Below are positions 37,930 through 51,911 of a stretch of DNA of 64,000 nt, in pieces. A program made the translations under genes and the position numbers. How positions within the stretch are numbered: the stretch's first letter is position 1; each line of letters starts with the position of its first letter. Under the pieces are notes generated by a model, which worked only from the letters and a program-made list of their open reading frames with translations, searched no databases and was not told the origin of the DNA. Source of the DNA: the human T2T-CHM13v2.0 reference genome, Homo sapiens; assembly GCF_009914755.1 (NCBI RefSeq), contig NC_060926.1, one strand, 5' to 3'.

Positions 37930-40511
37930 TCATGTTCCAGATCTTAGAGGAAAGGCTTTCAGTTTCTTTCCCCATTTAGTATGATACTAGCTGTGGGTCT
38001 TTCATATATAGCTTTTAATATGTTGAGGTATATTCCTTCCATACTCAGTTTTTTGAGGTTTTTAATCAGGAAGGGATGTTGAATTTGGTCAAATGCTTTT
38101 TCAGCATCAATTGAAATAATCACATGATTTTTGTCCTTCATTCTGTTAATATGATGTATCATGTTAATTGAATTGCATATGCTGAAACTTTTTTGCATCC
38201 CTGGGATAAACCCCACTTGGTTGTTATGAATGATCTTTTTAATGTATTATTGAATTCAATTTGCTGTTTTGTTGAGGAGTTTTTCATCGATATTCATCAG
38301 AGGTATTAGCCTATTGTTTTGTTTTGTTTTTTGGTGTGTCTTTAATTTTGGTACCAGAGTAATACTGGCCACATAGAATAAGTTTGGAATTATTCCTTCC
38401 TCCTCTATTTTTCAGAATAGTTTGAGTAGGGTTGGTATTAGGTCTTCTTTAATTGTTTGGTAGAATTCAGCAGTGAAGCCACCAGGCCTTGGGCTTGTCT
38501 TTACTGAGAGAGTTTTTATTACAGCTTTGATTTCATTACTTGTTAGTCTGCTCAGGTTTTGGATTTCTTCATAGTTCAATCTTGGTAGATTATATATGTC
38601 TAGGAACTTCTCCATTTCTTCCAGATTTTTCAATTTGTTGGCATGTAGTTGCTCATAGTAGCCACTAGTAATCCTTTGAATTTCTGCTGTGTGAGTTGTA
38701 ATGTCTGTTTTTTCATCTCTGATTTTATTTGGATTGTCTTGCCTTTTTTCCTAGCCAGGCTAAAGGTTTGCCAATTTTGTTTAACTTTTAAAAACCAGCC
38801 TTGTATTTAATTGATCTCTTGTGTTGTTTTCTTCATTTCAATTTCATTTATTTCTGCTCTGATCTTTATTATTTCTTTTCTTCTACTAATTTGGGTTTAG
38901 TTTGCTCTTGCTTTTCTAGTTCTTTAAAATGCATTGTTAGGTTGTTTATTTGCAGTTTTTCTTCTTTTTTGACATAGGAACTTTGAATTGTAAACATCCC
39001 TCTTAGTACTGCCTTTGCTGTATCCCAACAGGTTTTGACATGTTGTATTTCCATTGTCATGTCATTTGTTTCAAAAAAATTCTCAATTTCCTTCTTAATT
39101 ACTTCGTTGATCCACTGGTCATTCAAGAGCATATATTTAATTTTCATATATTTGTATACTTTCCACAATTCCTCTTATTAATTTCTACTTTTATTCTATC
39201 GTGGTCAGAGAAGATGCTTGATATCATTTTAATTTTTTTGAATGTTTTAAGACTTGTTTTGTGACTTAACATATGGTCTATCCTTGAGAATGATCCGTGT
39301 GCTGGGGAAAAGAATGTGTATTCCGCAGCTGTTAGATGAACTGTTCTGTAAATATCTATTAGGTCTATTTGGTCTACGGTACAGATTAAATCTGATGTTT
39401 CTTTGTTGATTTTCTATCTGGAAGATCTGTCCAATGGTGAATATTGGCTATTGAAGTCTCCAAATATTCTTATATTCAGGTCTATCTCTTTAGCTCTAGT
39501 AATAATTGCTTTATATATCTGGGTGCTCCAGTGTTGGGTGCATATTTCTTTACAATTATTATATCCTCTTACTGAATTGACCCCTTTATTATTATATAGT
39601 GACCTTTTTTCTCTTCTTATAGTTTTGGTCTTGAAATCTATTTTGTCTGATACAAGTATAACTACTTCTTATCTTTTTTGATTTCCATTGGCATAGAATA
39701 TTTTTTCCCTCCCTTTATTTTCAGTCTGTGTGTGTCTTCATAGGTGAAGTGTGTTTCTTGTGATAACAGATCATTGTGTCTTTTTTAAAATTCATTCGGC
39801 CACTCTGTCTTTTTAATGGAGAGTTTAGTTCACTTACATTCATTGTTATTGTTGATAAGCAGGGGCTTACTCCCGCCATTTTAAAATTTGTTTTCTGGTT
39901 GTTTTGTTGTCTTCCGTCTTCCTTTTTTTCTGTCTTCCTTTTAGTGAAGGTGATTTTTCTCTGGTGATATGATTTAGTTTCTTGTTTTTTATTTTTTGTG
40001 TATGTATTGTTTGTGTTTTGGCTTGAGTGTACAATGATGCTTGCAAATACTATCTTATAATCTGTACATTTAAGCTGATAATAACACTTTTTACATAAAC
40101 AAGCAAATGAAAACTAATAAAAACTCCATGCCTTAACTTCATCTCCCTGCTTTTAAAATTTTTGTTGTGTCTATTTATCTTATGTTACTGTCTATGTCTT
40201 GAAAAGCTGTTGCAGTTGTGATCTTTGATTGATTCATCATTTAGTCTTTGAATATAAGATAAGAGTAGTTCATACAACACAGTTACAGCGTTGTAATTTT
40301 CTGTGTACTTACTATCACCAATAAGTTTTGTACTTAGGGATGATTTCTTACTGCTTATTAACATCCTTTTCTTGTAGGGTAGGTCTGGTGTTGAGGAAAT
40401 GCCTCAGGTTTTGTTTATATGAGAAAGTCTCTATTTCTTCTTTATGTTTGAAGGACATTTTCATCAGGTAGACTATTCTAGGGTAAAATATTTTTTTCCT
40501 TCAGCACTTTA

Positions 40512-40785
<274 letters not shown>

Positions 40786-43589
40786 TCCTTCAGCACTTTA
40801 ATTATGTCACACAACTCTCTCTTGGTCTGTAAGGTTTCCACTGAAAAGTCTGCTGCCAGATATATTGAAGTTCCACAGTATAATATTTGTTTATTTTTCT
40901 CTTGCTGCTTTTAGAATTATTTATCCTTGACCTCTGGGAGTTTGAATATTAAATCCCTTGAGGTAGTCTTCTTTGGGTTAGATCTGCTTGGTGTTCCATA
41001 TCCTTCTTATACTTGAATGTTGATATCTTTCTCTGGGTTTGGAAAGTTCTGTATTATTTTCCCTTTGAATAAACTTTCTACCCCTATTTCTTTTTCCACC
41101 ACCTCTTTAAGGGCAATAACTCTTAGATTTGCCTTTTGGGGGCTATTTTCTAGATCTTGTAGGTGTGCTTCATTGTTTTTTATTCTTTTTTTTCCTGCTC
41201 TATGTATTTTCAAATAGCCTTTCTTCAAGGTCACTAATTCTTTCTTCTGCTTGGTCAATTCTGCTATTAAAAGACTGATGCATTCTTCAGTATGCCAACT
41301 GTATTTTTCAGCTCCAGAGTTTCTGCTTCTTTTAAATTATTTAAACCTCTTTGTTAAATTTATCTGATAGAATTCTGAATTCCTTCCCTGTGTTATCTTG
41401 AATTTCTTTGAGTTTCCTCAAAACAACTATTTTGAATTCTCTTCCTGCAAGGTGACACGTCACTGTTTCTCTGGGATTGGTCCCTGATGTCTTACTTAGT
41501 TCATTTGGTGATGTCATGTTTTCCTGGATGGTCTGGATACTTGTAGATTTTCTTCTGTGTCTGAGCATTGAAGAGTTAGGTTGTTTATTGCAGTTTTCAC
41601 AGTCTGGAACTGTTTTGTACCCATCCTTCTTGGGAAGGCTTTTCAGATATTCAAAAGGACTTGGGTGTTGTGACGTAAGTTGTATCTGCTTTAGTGGGGC
41701 ATCCTAAACCCAGTAATGCTGTGATTTTTACAGACTTGTAGAGGTACCACCTTGATGGTCTTGGACAAGATCCCGAAGAATTCTCTGGATTACCAGGTAG
41801 AGACTCTTGTTTTCTTCCCTTGCTTTCTCCCAAACAGAGTCTCTCTCCCTCTGTTCTGTGCCACCTGGAGCTGGGGTTGGAGTGGCAGAAGCACTCCTGT
41901 GGCCACCAGCACTAGGGCTGCACTGGGTCTCACCTAAGGCCTACTGTAACCACTCCCTAGCTACTGCCTATGTTCACTCAGGGCTCTGAAGCTCTATAGT
42001 CTGCAGATGGCAAAACCAGCCAGGCCTTTGTCCTTCCTTTCAGGGAGACAATTTCTCCCAAGCCCCAGAGTGGGTCCAGAGGTGCTGTCTGGGAGCCAGA
42101 GACTAGAGTCAAAATCCTTAAAAGTCTATGTGGTATTGTATTTTACTGCAGCTGGGCTGGCACTCAAACCACAAGACCTAGTCCTTCCCACTCTTCCCTC
42201 CCCTTTCCAAAGGCAAAGGAGCTTTACCCTGTGGCCACCCCCACCGTAGGCCCAAGGGGAGTACTGCCAGACTATGGCTGATGTTCCTTTTAAGGCCCAA
42301 GGACTCGACTCATCAGTCAGCTTGTGGTGAATGGTGCCTAGCCTAGGACGCATCCTTCAGGGCAGGGGGCTCTCCTCTAGCCCAAGGAAGGTCCAGAAAT
42401 GCTGTTCAAGAGCCAAGTCCTGGAACTGGGGACCCCAAGAGCCTGCTTGGTGCTCTACCGCTCTTGGCCTCAAGCTGATATCTTAGCTGCACCTTAGGGG
42501 GCAAGGTAGTATCTAAGGTACAATACAAAGTCCCTTTACTTTTCCTTCTGCTTTTCTCAAGCTGAAGGAGTATCATCCCATATCCACCACAGCTGGGAAT
42601 GTGCTTAGTCTCACTTGAAGCCAGCAAATCTCAGTCTCACCCAATGCCTTTGATGTAGTACTTGGATATCACATCGGGTTATTCAGGACCCAAGGGCTCT
42701 TCAGTTTGTAGGTGATTAATCCTGTGAGGACTGGGTCCTTCCCTTCTAGGCAGTGGTTTCCCTCCTGGCCCAAGGTATGTCTGGACTTGTTGTCCAGGAG
42801 GTAGGGCCTGGAAAGGGGGACTCACAGCTCTGACCAGTGCCCTCTTCTGCTGTGGCTGAGCTGGTATCCAACTCAAGACAAAGTCCTCCCCACTCTTCTT
42901 TCTCCTCTCTTTGAACAGAAGGAAGGGGTCTCTTTTGGAGCCACAAGCTGTGCAGCTTGGGTTTAGGGGAAAGGTAAGGCCAGCCCTCCCTCACCTGCCA
43001 CAGCTGGTGTCTCAGCATGTCCTCTAGTCCACTATCTCTGGGCTCAGGTCAGCCCTAGGGCTCACCTAGAAGTTGCAGCTCTTGTGGCCTAGACTACCTT
43101 TCAAGTTTATTTAGAGCCCAAGAGCACTTTAGCCCATGGTGGTGAGGCTGTGGGAACTCCCGTTCAGATGCTGGGATCAGGGATTCCCCTCTGGCTAAGG
43201 CTAGCTTAAATGTTCCCTTTGTGGGTGGACATCAGCTGAGTTTGGTCTGGTTTTGTTTTCTGCTATAACAGGGCAGCACTACGTTCAGTGTCTCACAGCT
43301 GCTGCGCTTTCCCTGTCCTCAGTGCACAAAAATGCTCTCTGCGCCGCCCTGCAGCTGCAAGGGGATGGGGGAGGGGGTCACATCAGTGATTTGAGACTGG
43401 TTTTCCTATCTCTTTCAGTGATATGAAGTTAAAACCAGGTACTGTGAGTGTTCACCTGGCTTTTGGTTCTTATAAAGGTGGTTTTTCAGTGTGTAGATAA
43501 TTGTTAAATTGGTGTCCTTGTGGGAGGGACAATCAGTGGAGCCTGCTATTCTACCATTTTGCTCTTCCCCCTCCTCCTAAAAAGATTGA

Positions 43590-44780
43590 ACATTAATATT
43601 AAAAATACACTAATACAAAACTAAAAATTTTGGTCCCTTATGTTAGAACAACAAGGTTTTCTTAAATTATTGGTTGGCTTTTAATAAAAATACATTTTTA
43701 ATTAAAAATAAAAATTACATCTTTAAATTTTGTAATCTGTAGCTTTTTGAAATGTCTCAGATATATATCTCAGAAGTTCAATTTTTGCTGTACCTTGCTG
43801 CATGTGATTTGTGGTCATACATCATTGCCTTCTGTTCTTTCTCCTCTTAAAAAGATACATTTTCTTGTTTGTTTGTTTGACTGGGATGATAACTCTTTCC
43901 TTCAACATTTTTGTCAATTCCTGTAGTTTTTTTCCTCTGGTTCTAACTTTGCTGTCATGGCCTGATGCTGAAATGTTTATTTTGAAGGTCTAGAAAAGCA
44001 ATGTTTTCTTCACATGTAATGTGATCTGTGCACCTGGCTTTGCTTGGTATGTCTAAATTGGTCAATGTAACCAGGAAGCTTCCCAAGCTGTTACTAAAAG
44101 CCATATATTTCCCATTTCAAGGTACTAGTTTTCTTGTTTACATTCCTCGAAAATATAATGTGTACTTGTAACCCTGAACACGGTCTTTCTATGTCTAATT
44201 AAATTCAAGTATCCTTTTCATCAGTTTTGACTTCCAGCTTATCCAAATGGGCTTCACTTAAGGAGCTGTAATCACAATACAGGAAGTTTTTCTGGACCTT
44301 TTTGACACTGGCATAAAAAACAAAGATTTTACATTTTATCAAGATAATTCCTGTGTTGTCTTATTTAGATTTTTTTATTATTTAGGAAAACTGAGCTTTC
44401 AAAGGTTGAGGTTTTTGTGTCTTTTGATTATTGCTCTAGTTAAATAAATAGTTATTATTTTACGATGACCTGTGATTCTGTTTCAATTAAGTGTTTTAAA
44501 CCTTTTGACATTTTTGGCAGCTTTCTCCAGGATTAATATCCTACATTAAGTCTCTTGGGTCTAAAATTAACTTTTAGATTTTCCAATTGGGCTTCTGAGA
44601 AAACTCACAAAATGTCTCTCATCTTGCAGAGATTAAATGATTAGATTATTTGGTAAATTTTATGTAAAATATTATCAAATGATAGATTACAGTAAATATA
44701 TAAGCTTTTGTTATCCATAGTTATTGTCTAAATTTTTCTTAAAAACATTTGCAGTCAGCTTCAGTCTAAAATTGCTTTTC
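43590..44780 (+). mobile_element. ERV1 MER4-group internal fragment (MER34/MER21/MER31-int-like)
   Basis: GGCCTGATGCTGAAATGTTTATTTTGAAGGTCTAGAAAAGCAATG and AAGTGTTTTAAACCTTTTGACATTTTTG resemble recalled non-coding MER4-group internal sequence. Confidence 0.6.
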
Positions 44781-45369
44781 ATGAAAAAGAATCTAATAAG
44801 TATAGGTAAAAAGAGGAGACAATAATAATACAATTAATGAAAGAATATGCAACTGTATGTCCTGGTTTTATTGGATGATTATCATGTTTTTTATTTTCAA
44901 TCCTTAATTCATTTTGATTTTATTAAGTATATTCTGCTATATATAATTTGTAGTATCTTTGTAGTAGTTCTGTTGAATATTATGTTAAGGGCAGGAAAAG
45001 ACAATGTTATGTTTGGTGCAGAATAAAGGTGAATAGGCAAAACTTCACTCCTGCTGAAAACCAAAGCACATTTCAAAGCCAATTCAGATTCAGCAGAAGA
45101 GGAGATAGTCTCCACTCATTGATGGAGAAGCAGTACAGAATTTGTGGCGGTCTCTAACCCACTACTCTTTCCTTTCAAGCTGACTACTCTCACTTAAGTT
45201 TCTCTCATTTGACAGACCCAGGCCCTTCTGCTTATCAAACCCTCTCTTTTGTATGGTTTTGGATTATGTTAGCTAAATGGGAAACTGCATGAAGTTTGGA
45301 AGGTGGAAATTAAGTAGTAATCCTTACTCTCCGAAGATCTCTAGTATTAGCTGTGGTGACAAGACAGAC

Positions 45370-45739
45370 TCATGAATGGCAAGATTCCTGCTTGTCCTCA
45401 CTTTCTTCCACTCCATGTTCAGCTCCTACAGAACTGCGGATCCTGCTAACCAAGAGTGGCCCCAAGTCCCTCACTAGACACTGGCTGAAGACCCATAGAA
45501 TCAACAGTTTCTTAAGAACTTCTCTACCAGCTCACCCTTTGTAGTTCCACCTCAGTGCCTGCACTTGCTGACTTCTTATAGTGACTGATGGGTATCTCCT
45601 CTGATTCTTCTATTCTCTCTTTCAATACTATCCTTACCCATTGCCTCCTCCAAATGTGTAAGGCCTAATTTCTATGACAAATCCCTTATCCCATAACTCT
45701 TCAGAGCTCAGCTTCTCTGATTAATCCCTGACAGATACA
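45370..45739 (+). mobile_element. Old ERVL-type LTR 3' portion, family uncertain
   Basis: Ends CAAATCCCTTATCCCATAA...GCTTCTCTGATTAATCCCTGACAGATACA. Confidence 0.45.
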
Positions 45740-46019
45740 CGCAGATAACTATCTTCTTTAAAAACTTTACAACTAATTTTTAAAATATCTGAAATGCAGC
45801 ATTTAGAATGATATAAGGAAGAGTTGTAGAGCATTATCATTGATTTTATTTCTATTGCAATAAAATTCTGGGGCCAATTATATTTAGGGAAAAATAAATA
45901 CAAAACAATATAGACAAAAGTATTTATTGATTACAATGCTTGTATGGAGACTACACTGTATACTGAGGAGAAAACTGTAAAATCAACTGAATAAATAATC
46001 TCTTACCAAAAGTCACTTG

Positions 46020-46380
46020 ACTAACTTAGAAGACTCTATTATTTATAATCTCAGCACCTTAACACATAAAGGTTTACTTTTGCTCTCACTATGTGTCCAG
46101 TGTAGGCCACTTTGAAGATTTGCTGTATAGCATCACTTGGGTGCACACGCCAATAGAGGCTCTACCATCTTGGAGCTGTGCCATCTGGCACAGGAAGCCT
46201 TATAGTGGTAGAGACAACTGGTGAGTTGAACTCCCACTCTTCTATACTTTTGCTCAGAAGTGACACATTTCACTTATTTTCCAGCCAAAACTATTCACAT
46301 GGGTCTATCTAACTGCAAAGAGGTAGGGATATGTGAGGCTGAAGATGGAATGTTTGATGAGGGCAACTCACTCTGCCATA
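46020..46380 (-). mobile_element. Old MaLR LTR (MLT1K/L-like)
   Basis: CAGAAGTGACACATTTCACTT...GCCAAAACTATTCACATGG...AACTGCAAAGAGG. Confidence 0.6.
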
Positions 46381-46942
46381 GAGAGGGAACAAACATTAAA
46401 ACCTGAAAGACATTTTCACAAAATATCTTAAAGTACAAATAAATAATAAAAGAAACTCTGGGAAGACTGATGAAAAGAGTGATTTAAATTAGTTGATGAA
46501 TTATTATGGCTAGAAACTTTCTTGAAAAATGAGGACTACTGAGGCAAGATGCAAAGAATATGTTGAGTGTGGATTAGTGTTCGTAGATAGTCAGACCCCC
46601 TGGTAAAAGCAGGAAGTTAGAGGTTGATGATGAAATGCTGGAAATTAAGTTCCTATGAGAAAAGATTCTCATACAGGTAAGACAATAATGAGAAAAGTAG
46701 CTTAAAATCAGTCACCCAACAGTTAAGGTAGGATGGTTGATGAGAAGGGCTTTAACTGTATGTATTAGTAATTTGGCTCTGCAGGTTAAAAAATTCTAGT
46801 GGATTCTGGAGTGTGTGTACATGGCCAAACTAAAAAAAAAAAAGAAAAGAAATTAGTCTAGCGACCATGTGAAGAGTAGAGACAGAAGGCTGACAGTCAA
46901 ATACATTAGTATGTTCTTACAGGATATTAAAATCTCATATCT

Positions 46943-47163
46943 GGCTGGGTGCAATGGCTGACACCTGTAATCTCAGTACTTTGGGAGGCCAAGGTGGGCC
47001 GATCACTTGAGATCAGGGTTTCAAGACCAGCCTGGTCTATATGGCAAAACCCCGTCTCTACTAAAAATACAAAAATTAGCTGGGCATGGTGGCACACACC
47101 TGTATTCTCAGCTACTCAGGAAGCTGAGGCAGGATAATTGTTTGAACCTAGAAAAAAAAAAAA
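46943..47163 (+). mobile_element. AluS lacking the last ~70 nt but ending in an A-run
   Basis: Alu sequence stops at TTTGAACCTAG and is followed by A12. Confidence 0.9.
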
Positions 47164-48904
47164 CTTCTTATCGCTATGAAACAATTTTTTACTGAAACTA
47201 ACTGTAAAGTTGTCTGCTGGGTTATATATAGTCTTACGTTCTTGGACAAGTATTTCCTTGAACAAACAGCTAAGTCTTGTTGACATAGGTGGCCTCAGTT
47301 CTCAGTCCTAATAGTTGAGTTGTTGATAAAAGTGGTTTCAAATCTCACAAGGAAAGTTTGTAGAGAGAATAATAAGACTTAGCAGCAAATTGACTGGAAA
47401 AGGGTTGAAGGAGTCTAAATTGACTCCAAGAGTCAATTTAAGAACTTGGAGGATCAGAGGATGCTTTACGGGAAGAGTCTGTGATCTTTGTTGCTAATAT
47501 AAATGACGTAGAAAAATTATATAGCCTCATGGTTATGAAAACAGGAAACTGAAAATTTAGTATTCAGTCTCCAATAATTGACAGTTGAAATCCTGTGAAT
47601 GAGTGAATGTAGAAGGAAGAAGAATGGGAGTGAAAGTAGTGAAAAAATAAAGACTTGAAAATTACCTCAGGGATGATAGTAGCTAATAGCCAGTAATGAA
47701 TAATAAATTAATGCCTGAAAGGGAAAGAAGATAAGAAGGAGAGTGCTATTATGGAAGTTACACATGATAGGTAGATTTATGGTATAAAATTAAAGAGGTA
47801 AATGTTTGGCTGTGGTCTAGTATGAGACTTTTATTTCACAAATTAGAAAACTGAGATTAAGAATGACTGATTTAGGCAAGACCATTCCACTGGTTACCAG
47901 CAGAGCTAGAATTTAAAGCAGGTCTTAGTTTTTGGCTGGCCTGTGTAACACACCGGCTGGCCACGTCCATGCAAGTAAGACATCAACATGTATAAGCACT
48001 TAGAAGAGAGTGCTGGCTTTGCCCTGGAGGAAAGTAATAAATGACTCTCAACTTAACACTTGCTGAAAAGTTATGACAAAACAGACCTGAAAGTGCTTGC
48101 CTTGAGGAGTGAAATTGGTGAGGAGAATAAGAGGTAGTGGATAGAGACTACCTATTTGCATAGCTTAGGCAGACTGGCCTGATAATTAAGAGGCATTTGT
48201 TTGTATTTAGGTCATCTTAGCTGAATTAAGGCTTAAGCTTTTTTAAGTGAACAATGTATATATTTCATATTTTTAGAACTCTCCAGTTTTATTTCTTCCA
48301 GATTTTCTTGTGGCATAGCCTGTCACAAAATTCAACCTTAAAAAGGTCAAACCTATTATAAAGCAAAAGTGTATGAAATTTTTCCTTGTTCTTTCTTTAT
48401 GCTTTCTGTCGTAATTTTGAATGGTTAATTGGAAACCAACTTCAACTTCAAATGCCCAATTCTAGTGGAAGACAAATGCCCCTTGTAACATGGCTAGCTG
48501 ACTGTCAGATCTGCTCAGCAAAGCTATGTCCTTACTTATTTGGGGGACCTTGAGAGTGAATTTAACCAATAATACCTAGTTCATCAGTGTAAGGGAGGGC
48601 AGGTTTGCTTTCAGCTTTGCTGTCAGTAGATCAAGTACGAAGTAGTCCTTTAACAGTTTCCTCGGTTAGTGTTAAAAATTTCTTTGAGCTAAGGTGCCTG
48701 ATTTTTACAGTAATTATGAAGGTCCCACTACTATTAGCCCCCAAATAACCCTGAAATCTGTTTTGCCTGCAGGTATAAGGCCAGGCGCTTATACACTCAA
48801 CAGTCTTTTGGGGGCAGGTTTACGCCTCTCTCTGCCTAATACCAGGGCTTGTGTTCTCAGTCAGGGAAGTCCTGGATCCTTTATTTACCAGCCACTATCG
48901 TTAG

Positions 48905-49372
48905 TGTGAAACATATTTTACTGGGGGGCCATTGTTTTCAACTGTGCTGCTGCACTAGGCCCCAGCAGACCAGACAAAACTAAATAAGGCTTACTTGTGC
49001 AAAACGCTACATAATCAAACTGAAACTTTAAGAAAGCTGCTAAATCCCTAAACAGATGGGTTTTCCCTAAAAACAGGAGATTCAAAGCAACCAATTAGAA
49101 AAGGCACAGTCAACCTAAATTATCATAATAAGGAAATTCTCTCTGCTCTAACCCTTACAAGAAAAATAATCTGAAGTAAACTGATGTTAACCAGTCCAAT
49201 TTGTTCTATTATTCTGTTTCTGTGTTCCCATCTTACAAAAACCAACTGTTCTGCCATGACCAGTGGAGCACTCATTCTATTTTGTGGAATAAAATGCTGC
49301 CCAATTCTAGAATTACAAATAAAAAACAATTAGATCTCTAAACTAAGTTTGTTGCAATTTTATCTTCTGACA
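48905..49372 (+). mobile_element. ERV1-class solo LTR (MER4 group) inserted in a MIR
   Basis: TG..CA ends, AATAAA near the 3' end, 4-bp TSD TTAG at 48901-48904 and 49373-49376; MIR-like sequence resumes at about 49380-49490. Confidence 0.8.
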
Positions 49373-49802
49373 TTAGGTAAAACTCTCTAGTCTTTACTTT
49401 TTTCCATTTTAAAATTGAGCTAGTAATAGAACTTGTTGTGCAAGATTATGTTGAAGATTAAATGAGAACACATTTGCGAAGCCTTCAATATATTGACTAA
49501 CTTGATGAAAGCTTCAAAACTAATAAATGGTGGAAATTGGATTCACACTCAGTTCTGTATCTTTCCTTCACCGTAAATATAATATCTGTTTCATGAGTGT
49601 AGCTGGTTACTATGGCTATAATTGTTGTGTGTAAAAAAATCTGTAATTCATGTGGAATTGCAAAAGTTAATTAGACCCTACTCTTCTCTGTATCACCATA
49701 GTATATCACAATGCAGTTGAAGAGGGGGGATATTCATACAAGTGACAAAAACTACTCAGGAGGCGGTAATATGTGCCAACTGAACAGTGGACATTGGCTG
49801 TG

Positions 49803-50798
49803 TGAGGGAAACTGAAACTATTTCATCCCAAAACATACTTTTTTGACATATTTCAAGATGGCTATTCAGAGGAGCTAGAAATACAAGACTAGCTAAAAAG
49901 CTGTCTTCTGAAGGAAGATTTGCATCTGTAGAGGAAATAGTCAAGTAAACGACAGATGCAAACAGACTTTCTCTGAAGGCCCCCCGTCCGTATCTAGAAA
50001 CCTTTAAAGGTGTGACAAACATTTACCACTGGCTACCATCTATTCCTTCTGAGAGCTGCTACCTGTGAGAATTCATCTGTACCTTATTTAGGGAGGAGAA
50101 TAGGGCCTGTAGCCAGGGAACCTAAGGATTTCCTAGAACTAAGTCAAATGGAAGCACATCAGCTATGACAGGAAACATTCTCTTCATTTACGTAGGGCGT
50201 ACACTGAGTAAAAGACTTTGTAACTTTACTTCATCCTCTTCATTTACATAGGGTATACACCAAGCAAATAACTTTGTAACTTCACTTTAGCCTCTTCATT
50301 TACATAAGGCATACACCAAGTAACCAATGGAAACCTCTAGAGGGTATTTAAACCCCAGATAACTCTGTAACTGGGCTCTTGAGCCCACTCATCCCACTCT
50401 CACTCTGTGGAGTGTACTTGCATTTTCAGTAAATCTCTGCTTTTGTTGCTTCGTTCTTTCCTTGCATGTTTTGTCCAGTTCTTTGATCAAGACCCCAAGA
50501 ACCCGGACACGCTCCACTGGTATCATTATCTGTATAAAAAGAATGCCTTTTCTGCAGGTCTTTCCTCTTCTTCCCATAACCTGTCTTTGCCATGATCCAA
50601 TCCTCTATTCTTTCTGTAACCTCAAGATGATACAAAAGTGTCAGCATCTTGCCTTGCTTTGGGTTTTTATATTGTGTATGAATCTTGTGTATATAATAAA
50701 ATTTTTATGCCCTTTTTCCTGGTAATCAGTCTATTATCAGTTTGTTTTACAGACTCAAATTATTGAAACTTCAAGGGAAAATTTTAAACTTCCCTACA
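49803..50798 (+). mobile_element. MER34-like solo LTR split by a MER51 insertion
   Basis: TG..CA ends, TSD TGTG at 49799-49802 and 50799-50802; CCCAAAACATACTTTTTTGACATATTTCAAGATGGCTATTCAGAGG and terminal TTCCCTACA. Confidence 0.8.
50088..50525 (+). mobile_element. MER51-like solo LTR nested in the MER34-like LTR
   Basis: AGGAGAATAGGG...CAGGGAACCTAAGG start, 56-bp internal repeats, CCAAT and TATTTAAA boxes, 4-bp TSD TTAT at 50084-50087 and 50526-50529. Confidence 0.85.
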
Positions 50799-51524
50799 TG
50801 TGTTAAGATTCAGATTGAAGGAGAGATATGCGAACAGGCAAACTTCATGAAGAAGGGACTTGAGCTAGACTTAGAAGGGGTGGTCAATTTTGAATAAAAA
50901 GAATGAAAAAGGGAGAATATTCCAAGCCAGAATTAAGTACAAGCAGAGGAGCTTGTATGGACCAGGGAGATTTGGCTGCTGGAGTGATTGAGTAGAGAAA
51001 CAAGGAGAAATACATAGAAAGAGAGAGGCAGTGATGAATGGTAGAGCACTTTGCATGCCAGGCTAAAAGTTTGACTTTTCCATGAACAATGGTAAACTGA
51101 TAAAATGGTTAGTGCTTTTGCATATGTGTTTTATCTTCTGATCAAATTTTCTTAAAACTGCTGTCTGAATTTGTGCCATGTTTTCAGCTGGCATTGGCCC
51201 GAATCTTATTAATTAGCTAAAAATCACAATTTCTCTAAGTTTAGTAAGATTTATCTGTCCATCCATTTTATAGTGAAAGCAGAAATCAAAAATGCAGATT
51301 TGAAACCCCCTTAGAAAATATTTAAATAAACTACTACAACAGAAAAATTATGAAGAAGAAAATTCCTGACCAAATTATTTTCGATAGGAAAAAGAAAACC
51401 TTTATTTATAGAATAACTAAAAAACTGTTTATGTGGAATATTTTCTTTAATATTGTTAGGATAAAGCTACATTAAATCTAAAGTCTAGAAACATAATATT
51501 GTCATTGTCCGCTGCTAGTTTTCT

Positions 51525-51911
<387 letters not shown>

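Noticed and set aside
50180-50330. Regularly spaced repeats suggestive of a CRISPR array
   Set aside because: The whole 56-bp unit repeats with no unique spacers, it lies inside an LTR, and there are no cas genes
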